The translations under genes were made by a program, and so were the position numbers. From an uncultured Actinomycetes bacterium (lineage in GTDB: Bacteria; Actinomycetota; Thermoleophilia; Gaiellales; JAICJC01), in assembly GCA_963723785.1 (NCBI GenBank), contig CAVRSB010000020.1, positions 25,543 through 89,542 on the forward strand: DNA of 64,000 nucleotides, read 5' to 3'. Shown here piece by piece: positions 20,174 through 31,861 of this stretch. Numbering within the stretch: position 1 is the stretch's first letter; the number at the start of each line of letters is the position of its first letter. The notes under the pieces were generated by a model that was given only the letters and a program-made list of their open reading frames with translations, did not search any database and was not told where the DNA came from.

Positions 20174-21303
20174 CAGCGGCGGGTGCCGGCAGCACCACGG
20201 TGATCGTCGTCCCATCGCCCGGCACCGACTCGATCGACGCCCGCCCGCCGTACTCCTCGGCGATGTGCTTGACGATCGCCAGCCCCAGGCCGGTACCCGG
20301 GCCCCGATCGCGCACCCTCGACGCGGTAGAAGCGCTCGAATACCCGCGCAACGTGCTCGGGGGGAATGCCGCCGCCGGTGTCCTGCACCCACAACTCCAC
20401 CGCGCCCGCGAGGCCTCGAGCGCCGACGCTCACCGTCGTCGCCCGGGCCGGCATGGGTGATGGCGTTGGCGACCAGATTGTCGAGCACGACATCCAGCAG
20501 CCGTGGCAATACCGCCGCCACCAGACCACGGGTGGTCTGGGAGGTGATCGTCATCGCCGTTGGTGTCGGCCGCCGCCTGGTGGCGGACGACGCACTCGTG
20601 CACCGCATGGTCGACGTCGGCGCGCTCGCCGATACCGGTCAACTCGCCGCTCTCGAGCTGAACCAGCAGCACCATCTCCTCGATCAGCTGGCGCATGGAA
20701 TCGATCTCGGCTCGGATCTGGTCGATGGTGGCCATTCGCTCGTCCTCGTTCAACGGCAGTGCGACGGTGTCGGTCAGTGCAAGGATCCGCGCCAGCGGGG
20801 TGCGCAGCTCGTGCGAGACACCGGCCGAGAACAGGCTGCGGGCCTCACGGAAGTCGGTCTCCGACGAGACGTCCACAAGCATCGCCAGACAGCCCGGCCC
20901 CTCGGGCGTGGCATACGGTCGGAGCCGCGCCTCGAATCGGCGCCGGTCGGGTCCGTACACGGTCAGTGCGACGGTTTCGGACGGGTCGCCGCCAAGGATC
21001 CGCTGGACGCCGCTGGCCAGCTCCGGCGGTGGCGGGTCGGATACCAGCAGCGGCTGCTCCCGGGCCAGACCGTTGGCACGCACCAGCCGTCCGTCGGCCG
21101 CGTACATCAATACCGGGCCGGGTGCCGCCAGAAACAGCGCCTCGCGCGATGCCAGCGCCATCGACAACTCCGATTGCGGCACCGTCAGTCGGTTCTCAGC
21201 CTCGTATCGGGCACGCTGCTTGCGTGCGGTCGAGCGCGATCCGCACCGCGATCGCGGAGACCACCACCAGCGCCAATGCCAACGTGATCGTGACCGCCTG
21301 CAC
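20163..21303 (-). CDS. Sensor histidine kinase (4 frame changes as assembled)
   Basis: GTG 21303 gives a TM segment ([20 protein letters not shown]). A PAS-like region follows, then the H-box [15 protein letters not shown], the N-box [16 protein letters not shown], the G1 box [23 protein letters not shown] and the G2 box [18 protein letters not shown]. These parts are spread over five successive frames. Confidence 0.85.
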
Positions 21304-21347
21304 GCACCGAGCGTACCAGCGGGGTGTGGATTTGTATGCTCCCCTCC

Positions 21348-23264
21348 ATGCAAGTGACGCTTCCCGACGGCACCGCGATCGAGCTGATCGACGGCGCCAA
21401 TGGTCTCGACGCCGCCCAGGCGATCGGGCCTCGATTGGCCCAAGCGGCGGTCGCCGTCGAGGTCGGAGGCGAGCTGCGTGATCTCCGTTTGCCGCTGGCC
21501 GACGGCGACAGCGTGCGCGTCCTGACCGCGCGTGACCCCGAGGCCCTGGCGGTGCTGCGCCATTCCACCGCTCACGTGATGGCCGAGGCCGTGCTGCACC
21601 TGTGGCCCGACACCAAGGTCGCGATCGGGCCTGCGATCGACGACGGCTTCTACTACGACTTCGAGTTCCCCGAGCCGGTATCGGCCGACGATCTCGACCG
21701 GATCGACGCCGAGATGCGCCGCATCCTCAAGACCGAGCACCCGTTCGTGCGCACCGACGGCGTCGACAAGCACGAACTCGAACGACGCTTCGCCGACGAG
21801 CATCAGCCGTACAAGCTGGAGCTGGTCGAGGCGCTGCCGGAGGGGGACATCAGCCTCTACACCCAGGACGGGTTCGAGGATCTCTGCCGGGGACCGCACC
21901 TGCAGACCACCAAGCCGATCAAGGCCTTCAAGCTCCAATCACTCGCCGGCGCATACTGGCGAGGCGACTCGGACAAGCCGATGCTGACCCGCATCTACGG
22001 CACCGCCTTCTTCGACCAGGCGGGCCTGGACGAGTACCTGCACCGGCTGGAGGAGGCCCAGAAGCGAGACCACCGCCGGCATCGGCCGTGAGCTCGACCT
22101 GTTCCATTTCGAGGACGTCTCGCCGGGCTCGCCCTTCTGGCACCCGCAAGGGCATGGTCATCTGGAACGAGCTGACCGAGCTGTGGCGCACGCTCAACCT
22201 CGAGCGTGGCTACCAGGAGGTGCGCACTCCGATCATCTTCAACGTCGACGTGTGGAAGAAATCGGGGCATTGGGAGGCGTATCGCGAAAATATGTACTTC
22301 ACCGAGGTCGAGAACGGCGAGTTCGGGCTGAAGCCGATGAACTGCCCCGGCCACATTTTCATCTTCGACGACGCCCTGCGGAGCTACCGCGACCTGCCCA
22401 TGCGCCTGTCGGAGCAGGGCCTGGTGCACCGGCACGAGCCCTCCGGGACGCTGCACGGGCTGACGCGGGTGCGCCACATCACCCAGGACGACGCGCACAT
22501 CTTCTGCAGCCACGAGCAGATCGAGGACGAGGTGATCGGGTGCCTCGAGCTGGCCGGCGTGATCTACGACACCTTCGGCTTGGAGATGCGGTTGGAGCTG
22601 TCCACCCGTCCGGCCAAGCGGATCGGCTCAGACGAGCTGTGGGATGCCGCCGAGGACGCGCTGCGGCGGGCGCTGGAACGCGCCGGGGTGGAGTATGAGC
22701 TGAACGAGGGCGACGGCGCGTTCTACGGCCCCAAGATCGATCTGCACATGTCCGACTCGATCGGACGGTCGTGGCAGATGGGCACGATCCAGCTGGACTT
22801 CCAGATGCCCGAGCGATTCGAGATCTCCTACATCGGCAGCGACAACAGCGAACATCGCCCGGCGATGATCCACCGCGCGCTGTTCGGCTCGTTCGAGCGG
22901 TTCATCGCCATCCTGATCGAGCACTACGCCGGCGCCTTCCCGCTGTGGCTGGCGCCGGTGCAGGTGATGGTGCTGGCGGTGGCCGACCGCCACGTCGACT
23001 ACGGCCACCACGTCGTGGAGACACTGCACCGACCGGGGCCTGCGGGCCGAGATCGACGTGCGCGGCGAATCGATGGGCCGAAAGATCGCCGACGCCGAGC
23101 ATCAGCGCATCCCCTGCATCCTGGTCGTCGGTGATCGCGAGGTCGTGGCCGAGACGGTGTCGGTACGTCGTCGCGGGGAGGGAGACCTGGGGGCGATGCC
23201 TCTCGCCGACCTGGGCGACGCGCTTTCGGCCGAGGTCGCGGCCAAGAGCGACTCTACGATCTGA
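21348..23264 (+). CDS. thrS: Threonine--tRNA ligase (3 frame changes as assembled)
   Basis: The TGS domain, the second additional domain (HSTAHVMAEAV), class II motifs (..FRLSEQGLVHRHE.. equivalent, GFYGPKIDL) and the anticodon-binding domain are present. Breaks fall at GG 22078-22079, GGG 22150-22152 and CC 23039-23040. The start is ATG 21348. Confidence 0.92.
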
Positions 23265-23998
23265 GGTCGATCTCGAATCGGGCGCGGTCGCCGCGGTAGA
23301 GGTCGACGGCGTACTCCACAGGGCGGCGATCGTCGGTGTAGGCAGTGCGGCGCACGCAGATCGCCGGCGAGCCCGGGCGGGTGCCCAGGTGGCGTGCGTC
23401 CGACGCCTCGAGCGTGGCCGGTTCGATCGTCTCGTGCGCGTGCACCGGCCGCACCCCGAAGGTCAGTCGCCATCAGGTCATACAGCGACTGCTTGGCCAT
23501 GTCGTGGCTGCCCAGACCGGGGCACACCGCGTCGGGAATGAACGACGTCTCCAAAAGCAGCGGCTCGCCGTCGCCAAACCGGACGCGGCGCAGGAGCCAC
23601 GCTCGCTGTCGGCGGCGCAGCCCCAGAGCGGTGCGCGGCTTCGGCATCGAGGTCAGCGGTCAGCTCCATATCCAGCACGCGTCCGTCCGGCTCGATCCCC
23701 TGAGCTCGCATCTGTTCGGAGAACCCGCCAGCCGCTGCAGCGTGTGGACGACACGGGGTGGCGAGACGAAGGTGCCGGAGCCCGGCCGGCGGTAAACCAG
23801 ACCCCGGCGCACCAGCAGCTCGACCGCTTGGCGGGCGGTCATCCGTGACAGTCCGAACTGGTCGGCCAGTGCTCGCTCGCTGGCCAGTCGCGAGTGGGGC
23901 GGGACTTCCCCATCGGTGATCTGCTGCGCCAGCTGATCAGCGGCGTGGCGGTAGCGCGGAACCGGGCGGGGAGCGATCCGCGTTGGTGGTGCGGCCAT
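23254..23998 (-). CDS. GntR-family transcriptional regulator, HutC/FadR-like with UTRA effector domain (about 4 frame changes as assembled)
   Basis: ATG 23998 starts the gene. The wHTH is ..LASERALADQFGLSRMTARQAVELLVRRGLVYRRPGSGTFV. The UTRA-like C-terminus (..GEPLLLETSFIPDAV.., ..RPVEYAVDLYRGDRARFEIDL) lies in other frames. It is divergent from the operon starting at 24056. Confidence 0.8.
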
Positions 23999-24055
23999 CG
24001 TGCAGCCATCTATACCACTTGTCAGGGTGCGAGACGTGCGCGTATCGTTTCGGGA

Positions 24056-24346
24056 ATGCGGATTGCGGCGATGGTGGTGGCGGCGGCGGGCTTGGTGCTC
24101 GTGGCCCTCGCCTTGTGGATTGGCGGCCAGGCGGGCTCGGTGCGACCGACCCCGTACGCCGCCCCCGACGTGATCGGCATGCAGCTCGACCATGCCACGT
24201 CGCTGCTTCGCCGGGCAGGCGACGTCCACATCCAGGTGCAGCGTGTGAACTGGGCGCCCGCCGGGACGGTCGCCGAGATTCGCGGGGTGGGATTCGACGG
24301 CTACTACACACGCGACTCGAATCTGGTACTGCGGGTGGGCCGGTGA
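24056..24346 (+). CDS. Small membrane-anchored PASTA-like domain protein
   Basis: ATG 24056 starts the gene. One TM helix (MRIAAMVVAAAGLVLVALALWI) is followed by a PASTA-like segment (APDVIGMQLDHATSLLRRAGDVHIQVQRV..AGTVAE..). Confidence 0.55.
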   Translation: MRIAAMVVAAAGLVLVALALWIGGQAGSVRPTPYAAPDVIGMQLDHATSLLRRAGDVHIQVQRVNWAPAGTVAEIRGVGFDGYYTRDSNLVLRVGR

Positions 24347-25362
24347 CGCCTCCGGAGCCGATCCCCACAATTCGAGTGGCCGGATCACACCGCGAGGTCG
24401 GACACCAGATCGGCGCTGCTACCGCAGCGGCGGTGCGAGCCCGGGCCGGGTCGATGTCTCCTGCCCAGGTCGCCGCCGCGCGGGCCTACCGCGACGTCAC
24501 AGCCGAGGAGCTGCCGTGGATGGTCTCCGAACTGGACAGCGTTGCCGAAGGATCCGGAGCCGATCCTCTGGCGGTGTTTGCCGCGTCGATCGAGGAGCTG
24601 GAGAGCGGCGGGAGCTCGGAAGGCCGATGCAGCGATATGGTCGCCTGCGCCCCGGCCACCGCCGACGGTCACCTGTGGGTGGCCCACAACAACGACCTGG
24701 GACCGGAGGTGGAGGACGATCTGGTCGCGATCGAGTGGCACGTGCCCGGCGACCCGGTGGTGCTGACGTTCGGCATCGGTCCGTGGATCAGCGTCGGCTT
24801 CAACTCGGCCGGGCTGGCACTCACCGGCAACGAGCTTTCCCCCAACGACAACCGCATCGGGATCCCGCGGCTGCTGCAGGTACGCGACATGGTTCGCCGC
24901 CCGACCGTCACCGAAGCGGTGTCGGCCGCTCTGCACCCGCGCAGGGCGTCGTCATACAACAACCTGCTCAGCCACCGTGACGGAACGGTTGTCAACGTGG
25001 AGGGCTCGGCCACCGATGCGGAGCTGGTCACACCCGGCGAGGACGGCACACTGGCGCACACAAATCACTACGTCGCCGAGCGAATGCTGCACTTCGAGCA
25101 GGATGCGGAATCCGCAACGGGATCGGATGTGCGATATCGTCGCGCCCTCGAATGGCTCGCACCTGGAGACATCACAGCGGGCCGCCTGCGGGCGGCTCTC
25201 TCCGACCACGCCGGCGCTCCCGACGCGATCTGCCGGCACGTCGGCAGGGGCAATTCCACCAAGACGGTCTTCTGGGTGATTGCCGATGTCACCGCCGGAC
25301 GCGTGACCTACGGGCGCGGCAATCCGTGCGACTCGCGAGAGCAGGTGTATGAGTTCGGCTGA
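24343..25362 (+). CDS. C45-family peptidase / acyl-CoA:6-aminopenicillanic-acid acyltransferase-like Ntn hydrolase
   Basis: GTG 24343 overlaps the upstream stop. The product is an intact ~339 aa. Sequence such as ..HLWVAHNNDL.., ..GLALTGNELS.. and SSYNNLLSHRDG..VNVE..LAHTNHY is typical of the C45 family, as recalled from memory. Confidence 0.65.
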   Translation: MTPPEPIPTIRVAGSHREVGHQIGAATAAAVRARAGSMSPAQVAAARAYRDVTAEELPWMVSELDSVAEGSGADPLAVFAASIEELESGGSSEGRCSDMVACAPATADGHLWVAHNNDLGPEVEDDLVAIEWHVPGDPVVLTFGIGPWISVGFNSAGLALTGNELSPNDNRIGIPRLLQVRDMVRRPTVTEAVSAALHPRRASSYNNLLSHRDGTVVNVEGSATDAELVTPGEDGTLAHTNHYVAERMLHFEQDAESATGSDVRYRRALEWLAPGDITAGRLRAALSDHAGAPDAICRHVGRGNSTKTVFWVIADVTAGRVTYGRGNPCDSREQVYEFG

Positions 25363-26233
25363 GACCGAAGCCCCGCCCACCAGCCACCGCTACGCCCAGT
25401 TGACCTGGCCGGAGGTGGCGGACTGGGCGCGCCGCGATCCTGTGTGTTTGATCCCGGTGGCAACCCTCGAGGACCACGGCTATCACCTGCCCATCGACAC
25501 CGATGTGGTGATCGCCGAGACGCTGGCGGAGCAGTCGGTGTTGTCGCGGCGCGCTAACTCACTGCTGCTTCCCACCGTCACACACGGGTATACGCCGCAC
25601 CACATGCAGTTCCCCGGGTCGATCACGATCGACTGGAAGACCTTCGTCGACCATCTGCTCGATATCGGCCGCAGTTTGGTGCACCATGGCTTCAACCGGA
25701 TCCTGTTCGTCAACGGGCATGGCTCCAATGTCCCCCTGGTCGAGATGGCGGCGAGGCTGCTGATGGTTGAGCACCCGCACTCGATCGCTGCGGCGTTTTG
25801 GTACCTGTCGGGGCCAGAGTCGGCCAAGCTGCTGGCGGAGACGCGCGACTCGCCGGTACCGGGGGGTATCGCTCACGCCTGCGAGCTGGAAACGTCGCTC
25901 TACCTGGCGATCCACCCCGAGCTGGTACAGATGGACAAGGCGGTGCGTGAGATTCCCGACTGGGACTCCGAGCACGCCTGGATGGACTGGAACGACGGGC
26001 CGCTCTCCATCAAGGGCCCGTGGAGCGGGTGGACCGAGTCCGGTGTGATGGGCGACGCCACCGCCGGCACCCGCGAGAAGGGTGAGCTGTGGCTCGCCCA
26101 GGCGGTCAAGGAAATCGGGACATACATCGACGACATCGCCCGGCGCGCTCCGCGCCCCGGGCGCGACCATCATGACGGGGCGATGACGCGGCTCCGGCCA
26201 CAAGAGCAAACGACTGAGGGAGATCGTCAATGA
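25349..26233 (+). CDS. Creatininase-family amidohydrolase
   Basis: This is an intact 294-aa ORF. Metal-ligand motifs typical of creatinine amidohydrolase/MftE-like proteins are present: ATLEDHGYHLPIDTD, VNGHGSN and ACELETS. Confidence 0.8.
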   Translation: MSSAETEAPPTSHRYAQLTWPEVADWARRDPVCLIPVATLEDHGYHLPIDTDVVIAETLAEQSVLSRRANSLLLPTVTHGYTPHHMQFPGSITIDWKTFVDHLLDIGRSLVHHGFNRILFVNGHGSNVPLVEMAARLLMVEHPHSIAAAFWYLSGPESAKLLAETRDSPVPGGIAHACELETSLYLAIHPELVQMDKAVREIPDWDSEHAWMDWNDGPLSIKGPWSGWTESGVMGDATAGTREKGELWLAQAVKEIGTYIDDIARRAPRPGRDHHDGAMTRLRPQEQTTEGDRQ

Positions 26234-27910
26234 GGATGCGAATGCTGCTACCTACCGTGGTGGTTTTAGCCGCGGTGTTCGGAGTCACCGGATGTGGAGG
26301 GGGCTCCAGCGCGGACAGCGGTGGGGGAGGCAGCACGACCGGCGGCATCCTCAGAGTGGGCACCGTCAACACCATCGATTCGCTCAACCCGTTCACCGCG
26401 ATTGAGTCACAGTCGTACAACGCGTTCGTGATGGAGTACCCACAGCTGGTGCAGTACGGCCCCGGCCCCAAGCTCGAGGGTGACTGGGCCACGAGCTGGT
26501 CTCACTCGGCCGACGGCAAGACCTGGACGTTCAAGCTCAAGCCCGGCGGCAAGTGGTCGGACGGAAAACCGCTGACAGCCGCCGACGCAGCCTGGACCGG
26601 GAACACCATCATCAAGTATCAGGCCAGTGCGACGGCCGCACTGGCGGGCGCGCTGACGCACGTGACCAGCATGGACGCCCCCAATGCGACCACACTGAAT
26701 GTCCACTACGACGCCGCCGTGGCCAACGTGCTCCCGCAGCTCGAGCAGTTCTGGGTGCTGCCCGAGCACATCTGGGGTTCGCTGACCGGCAATAGCGGCA
26801 AGGATCTCAAGTCCTACCAGCCGCAGGACCACCTGCCGACCGTGGCCGGGGGCGCGTACACCATCACAAAGTACGACGCCAAGGGCACCACCGTGTTCAA
26901 GCCCAACCCGGACTTCTACGGGCCCAAGTCCAACGCCGAGGCGGTGGCGATGACCTACTACACCAACGCCACGACGATGATCGCTGACTTCACCTCGGGC
27001 AACCTCGACTTCGTCGACCAGGTGCCGTTCAACGCGGTCAGCTCGCGTCAAGGGCGACAGTCGCTTCACCGTATACAAAGATCCGTCCTCGGAGGTGACC
27101 AACATCACCTTCAACACCAACCCGGTCAAGCCCAAGAACCGCGAGCTGCTCAACCTCAAGGTGAAAGAGGCTCTCGAGTACGCCACCGACCGCCAGCAGA
27201 TCGTGGACATCGTGTTCGCGGGCTTCGCCACAGCCGTGGGCGAACAACATCTCGAGCCAGTCGACAGTGTGGCTCGATCCATCGATCCAGCCGCTGCCGT
27301 TCGACGTCGACAAGGCCAACCAGATTCTGGACTCGCTGGGGTATGCGAAGAACTCGGACGGAATCCGGGAGGTGCCGGCGACCACCGGCAAGTACGCCCA
27401 GCCCGCCCACGAGATGTCCTACGACCTGATGGTGCCGGGGACGCTCGACTTCAACGGCGATCGCCAGTTCCAGATCATCGCCAACACGTGGCTGAAGGCC
27501 GGTGTGAAGCTCCACGAGGTGGCCGGAGGCGACAGCTCTGCCGTCGTACGGGTACGAGACCGCCGGCAATTACACCAAGTTCGACCTGGCAATGTGGGAC
27601 TGGGCCGAGTACATCGATCCCGACGCTCAGATGTCGTACATGACCAAGGCGCAGTGGCTGAGCTGGAACGACACGGGCTACAACAACCCGCAGTTCGACC
27701 AGTGGTACAAGCAGCAGGCAACCCTGCTCGAACTTCAAGGATCGGCAGGCGCTGATCTTCAAGATGGAGCAGCAGATCGCCAAGGACCGGCCCTATATTC
27801 AGCTGGTCAACGAGGACCTGGTCACCGCCAGCACCAAGGGGTGGACGGGCTTTGAGCCCGACCTGAACGCGTACTGCAAGTGCTACTACACAAGCCCGCA
27901 CCAGACATGA
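26230..27910 (+). CDS. ABC transporter substrate-binding lipoprotein, peptide/nickel (family 5, DppA/OppA-like); 4 frame changes as assembled
   Basis: An ATGA overlap links it with the upstream gene. The lipobox is VFGVTGCGGGS. SBP_bac_5-like sequence runs through frames 26230, 27095, 27267 and 27592 and a final frame ending at TGA 27908-27910. Confidence 0.82.
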
Positions 27911-27923
27911 CAGATATGAGCGT

Positions 27924-28898
27924 GTGAGGAACGCCGACTACATCATCAAGCGGACGGGGTTCGCGATCGTCACGATTTTCGTGGCGCTCACGATCAACTT
28001 CCTGCTGTTCAGGGCGCTACCTGGCAGCGCAGTCTCCGGGCTGCGCTGCCAGCACTGCACCAAGCAGTTTCGCGAATCGATCGTGAAGCAGTACGGCTTG
28101 GACAAGTCCAAGTGGGATCAGTACGTGATCTATCTCGAACGGCTGGGGCACGGTGATCTCGGAACCTCGGTGATCACCAACCGGCCGGTGTGGGACGAGA
28201 TCAAGCAACCGCTGTTGAACACACTGCCCATGCTCGTGGTGGGAACGGTGATCTCGGTGGGCTTGGGGATCATCTCGGGGGTGATTGCAGCCTGGCGGCG
28301 AAGCACCTGGTTGGACGCCTCGAACCTGTGGACGGCCCTGAGCTTCTACGCCATGCCGACACAGTGGATCGGCCTGCTGGTGATCTTCTACATCGCCATC
28401 CCGCTCGGCCTGCCGGTGGCGGGAATTCAGTCGAACACGCTCGGAATCCTCGGCCCGACGTCGCTGTGGACGACGATCTCGGACAAGGGTGAGCACCTGG
28501 CGCTGCCGGCGCTCGTGCTGGGACTGGGGCTGTACGGCGAGTACGCGCTGGTCGTGCGCTCCTCGATGCTGGAGACGCTCGGCGAGGACTACATCCTGAC
28601 CGCCCGGGCGAAGGGTCTCAAGAACTCGCTGATCGTGTGGCGGCATGCCTTCCGAAACGCGATGCTGCCGCTGGTGACGCTGATCGCGCTGTCGCTGGGC
28701 TACGTGGTGGCCGGCCAGATCGTGGTCGAGTACGTCTTTTCCTACCCCGGCATCGGGCTGGCCACCGTGGATGCGATCAACGCCCACGATTATGCGGTTT
28801 TGCAGGGGATCTTCCTGCTCTTCACGATCATCGTGATCGTCGCCAACTTCATCGCCGACCTGTTGTACTTCAAGCTTGATCCACGGGTGACGGCATGA
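27924..28898 (+). CDS. ABC transporter permease (DppB/OppB-like)
   Basis: This is an intact 324-aa ORF with 6 TM helices. The EAA-like loop is ..LETLGEDYILTARAKGL.. Confidence 0.88.
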   Translation: MRNADYIIKRTGFAIVTIFVALTINFLLFRALPGSAVSGLRCQHCTKQFRESIVKQYGLDKSKWDQYVIYLERLGHGDLGTSVITNRPVWDEIKQPLLNTLPMLVVGTVISVGLGIISGVIAAWRRSTWLDASNLWTALSFYAMPTQWIGLLVIFYIAIPLGLPVAGIQSNTLGILGPTSLWTTISDKGEHLALPALVLGLGLYGEYALVVRSSMLETLGEDYILTARAKGLKNSLIVWRHAFRNAMLPLVTLIALSLGYVVAGQIVVEYVFSYPGIGLATVDAINAHDYAVLQGIFLLFTIIVIVANFIADLLYFKLDPRVTA

Positions 28899-29863
28899 GT
28901 ACCGGCGCATTTCCGATGCTGCCCGAGGAGGAGCTCGATGACATCGAGCCGACCTCATCGCAACGTTCCAACTTCTGGCGCGACGTGGTGTTCGGCAGCA
29001 AGGTGTCGATCGCGGGCATCATCATCCTGGTGTTCTTCACATTCGTTGCGATCTTCGAGCACCAGCTGGCGCCGTACAACCCGCGCGAGCAGGTTGGCCC
29101 GCCGTACGAGGCGCCCAACTCGCAGCACTGGCTGGGCACCGACGACGGCGGCAACGACATGCTGTCGCTGGTGATCTTCGGCGCCAGGGTGTCGCTGATC
29201 GTCGGGTTTGCCGGTGCCGCGGTGGCGATTCTGATCGGCGGTGCGGTGGGCATCCTCTCCGGCTACTTCGGCGGCAAGACCGACATCGTCCTGATGCGCA
29301 CTACCGACTATTTCCTGGTGATTCCCGACGTGCCGCTGATGATCGTCGCGGCCGCCGTGTTCGGTCGCAACCTGGCCAACATCGTGATCATCATCGGCGT
29401 GATCTACTGGGCGTCCACCGCCCGGTTGATCCGTGCCCAGGTGATCACTGTGAGAGAGCGGATCTACGTCAAACGTGCGCGCGCGCTGGGGTCGGGCAGT
29501 AGACGCATCATCAGTACCCACATTCTCCCCCAGGTGATGCCCCTGATCGTCGCCAACACGGTGTTGATGGTGGCGACGGCGGTGTTCGCCGAGACGTACA
29601 TCTCGTTCCTCGGGCTCGGTGATCCGTCCACGATCTCCTGGGGCAAGCTGATTCAAAACTCGCTGGAAGGGGACGCCGTCTTCCACAACGCCTGGTGGGC
29701 GATCATCCCGCCCGGCCTGTGCGTGACGGTCGTGATCCTGGCCTGCACGATGATGGGACAGGCGATGGAGGACTCGCTCAACCCGCGGCTCAAGGTCGGG
29801 CACATGTCCGTTCGCCGGTTCCGGCTGCGGCCGCTGGTGGGAAGGCCTCCGGACAGCCTATGA
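28895..29863 (+). CDS. ABC transporter permease (DppC/OppC-like)
   Basis: This is an intact 322-aa ORF whose ATGA start overlaps the upstream stop. The N-terminal OppC-type segment and an EAA loop (..ERIYVKRARALG..) are present. Confidence 0.88.
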   Translation: MSTGAFPMLPEEELDDIEPTSSQRSNFWRDVVFGSKVSIAGIIILVFFTFVAIFEHQLAPYNPREQVGPPYEAPNSQHWLGTDDGGNDMLSLVIFGARVSLIVGFAGAAVAILIGGAVGILSGYFGGKTDIVLMRTTDYFLVIPDVPLMIVAAAVFGRNLANIVIIIGVIYWASTARLIRAQVITVRERIYVKRARALGSGSRRIISTHILPQVMPLIVANTVLMVATAVFAETYISFLGLGDPSTISWGKLIQNSLEGDAVFHNAWWAIIPPGLCVTVVILACTMMGQAMEDSLNPRLKVGHMSVRRFRLRPLVGRPPDSL

Positions 29864-30842
29864 GCCAGCCGATCCTCGAAGCCCAGGACCTGCACGTGTG
29901 GTTCGACCTCGGGCACGACCGTGAGCTGCACCCCGTCCAGGGGGTCAACTTCGCCCTGGGCGAGAGCGAGCGGATGGGGCTGGTGGGCGAGTCGGGCTGC
30001 GGCAAGACCACCACCATCCTGGCGCTGATGGGCCTGCTCCCACCCAACGCCAGCATCGCCGGCAAGGTGCTGCTGGACGGCGAGGACATCATGGCAAAGG
30101 GCGAGGAGACGGTCCAGCCGCACCGCTGGCACGACATCGCGATGGTGTTCCAGGGGGCGATGAACGCCTTCAACCCGGTCAAGAAGGTCGGCCAGCAGAT
30201 CGCCGAGCCGATGCTGCTGCACGGCGTCGCCACCGGCAAGGGCGCGAAGCTGCGAGTGCGCGAGCTGCTCGAGCTGGTCGGCATCGCCGGCGACCGCGCC
30301 GACCGGTATCCGCACGAGTTCTCGGGCGGGATGCGGCAGCGCGCGGCGATCGCGATGGCGCTCTCGTGCGAGCCCCGGGTGCTGCTGGCCGACGAGCCCA
30401 CCACCGCGCTGGACGTGATGGTGCAGGCCCAGATCCTGGAGCTTCTGACGTCGCTCTCCAACGACCTCGGGCTGGCGCTGATCCTGGTCACCCACGATCT
30501 GCCCGGTGGTCGCGCAGGTGTGCCGGCGGGCGGCAGTGATGTACGCCGGCGAGATCGTCGAGGCCGGGCCGGTGTCCACGCTCTTCCACGACCCCCGGCA
30601 TCCCGTACACGCGCATGCTGTTTGCGGCCACGCCCGATCTCTACGGCGATGACCCGGTGCTCTCGATCCCGGGCGCGCCGCCGCGGCTCGACCGCGAGCT
30701 GTCCGGATGCCCATTCGCGCCGCGCTGCGACTCGGCCTTCGAGCCGTGCCGAACAGCGCATCCTCGGCAGCTCGAGATCGTCGCCGGCCATCTCGCCCAG
30801 TGCCATCTGAACGACTCGGAAGTGCGGGCGACGGTCGCGTGA
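29860..30842 (+). CDS. ABC transporter ATP-binding protein (DppD/OppD-like); 2 frame changes as assembled
   Basis: Walker A is GESGCGKTT, the signature is FSGGMRQR, and Walker B is [11 protein letters not shown]. The C-terminal oligopeptide-type extension ([20 protein letters not shown]) is reached after breaks at ~30505 and ~30605. Confidence 0.88.
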
Positions 30843-31861
30843 GCGCTGACACCGCCACGGCGGCATCACCGCTGCTCGAGGTGGACGGGCTGGTCACCCG
30901 CTACCCGGTTCCTCGCGGTCTGGTGGAGTCGGTCACAGGCCGCACCAAGGAGTGGGTGCACGCCGTCGAGGGAGTGTCGCTTCAGCGTCGGCGCCGGGCG
31001 AGATGCTGGCGCTGGTGGGCGAGTCGGGCTGCGGCAAGACCACCACCGCCCAGACGATCGTGCGGATGGTGCAGCACGACGAGGGCTCGATCCGGTTCCA
31101 GGGCAACGAGATCGCCGGCCTCGACACCTCCCACATGCGTCCGATCCGGCGTGACATCCAGATCATCTACCAGGATCCGTACGAGTCGCTCGACCCGCGC
31201 TTCCCGGTGCGCCGCACGGTCGAGGAGCCGCTGCTGATCCACGGGGTCGGGGGCTCCGGGGCCGGAGCGCAAGCAGCTGGTGACCGACGCGCTCGAGCGG
31301 GCCGGGCTGACACCTCCCGATCTGTACCTCGACCGGTTCGCGCACGAGCTGTCCGGCGGCCAGCGCCAGCGGGTTGCGATCGCCGCGGCGCTGGTGCTCG
31401 AGCCGAAGCTGCTGGTGGCCGACGAGCCGGTGTCGATGCTCGACGTGTCGGTGCGGGCCGGCATCCTGGCGCTGCTCGACTCGCTGCGCAAGGGCGGCCT
31501 GGGGATCCTGATGATCACCCACGACCTGTCCACGGCGGCCCATTTCGCCGACCGGATCGCGGTCATGTACCTCGGCCGGATCGTGGAGGAGGGGCCGGCC
31601 AAGGAGGTCGTGCGAAACCCCCAGCATCCCTACACCAAGGCGCTGATCTCGGTGGTGCCCAAGCGCGACCCGCGCGACTCCACCGTGCCCACGCTGCTCA
31701 CCGGTGAGACGCCCAACCCGGTGCACATCCCGGCCGGGCTGCCGCTTCAATCCTCGCTGTCCGGTGGTCACGGACGCTTGCCACACGATCGACCCCGAGC
31801 TGCGACCCGGCCAAGGCGGCCGAGTCGCCTCAATCATCGAGCGGCCTGCATCCTGACGTGA
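30839..31861 (+). CDS. ABC transporter ATP-binding protein (DppF/OppF-like); several frame changes as assembled
   Basis: A GTGA overlap links it with the upstream gene. Walker A is GESGCGKTT, the signature is LSGGQRQR, and Walker B is LLVADEPVSMLD. QHPYTKALI is also present. A CRFNPRCP segment is visible in an alternate frame near 31740. Confidence 0.85.

Noticed and set aside
24007-24022. DasR/HutC-type operator (dre-like TCTATACCACT) in the 57-bp gntR / operon intergenic region
   Set aside because: Only one half-site matches well, and the other half is about 4/8. It is plausible as the regulator's operator but too weak to call from a single sequence.
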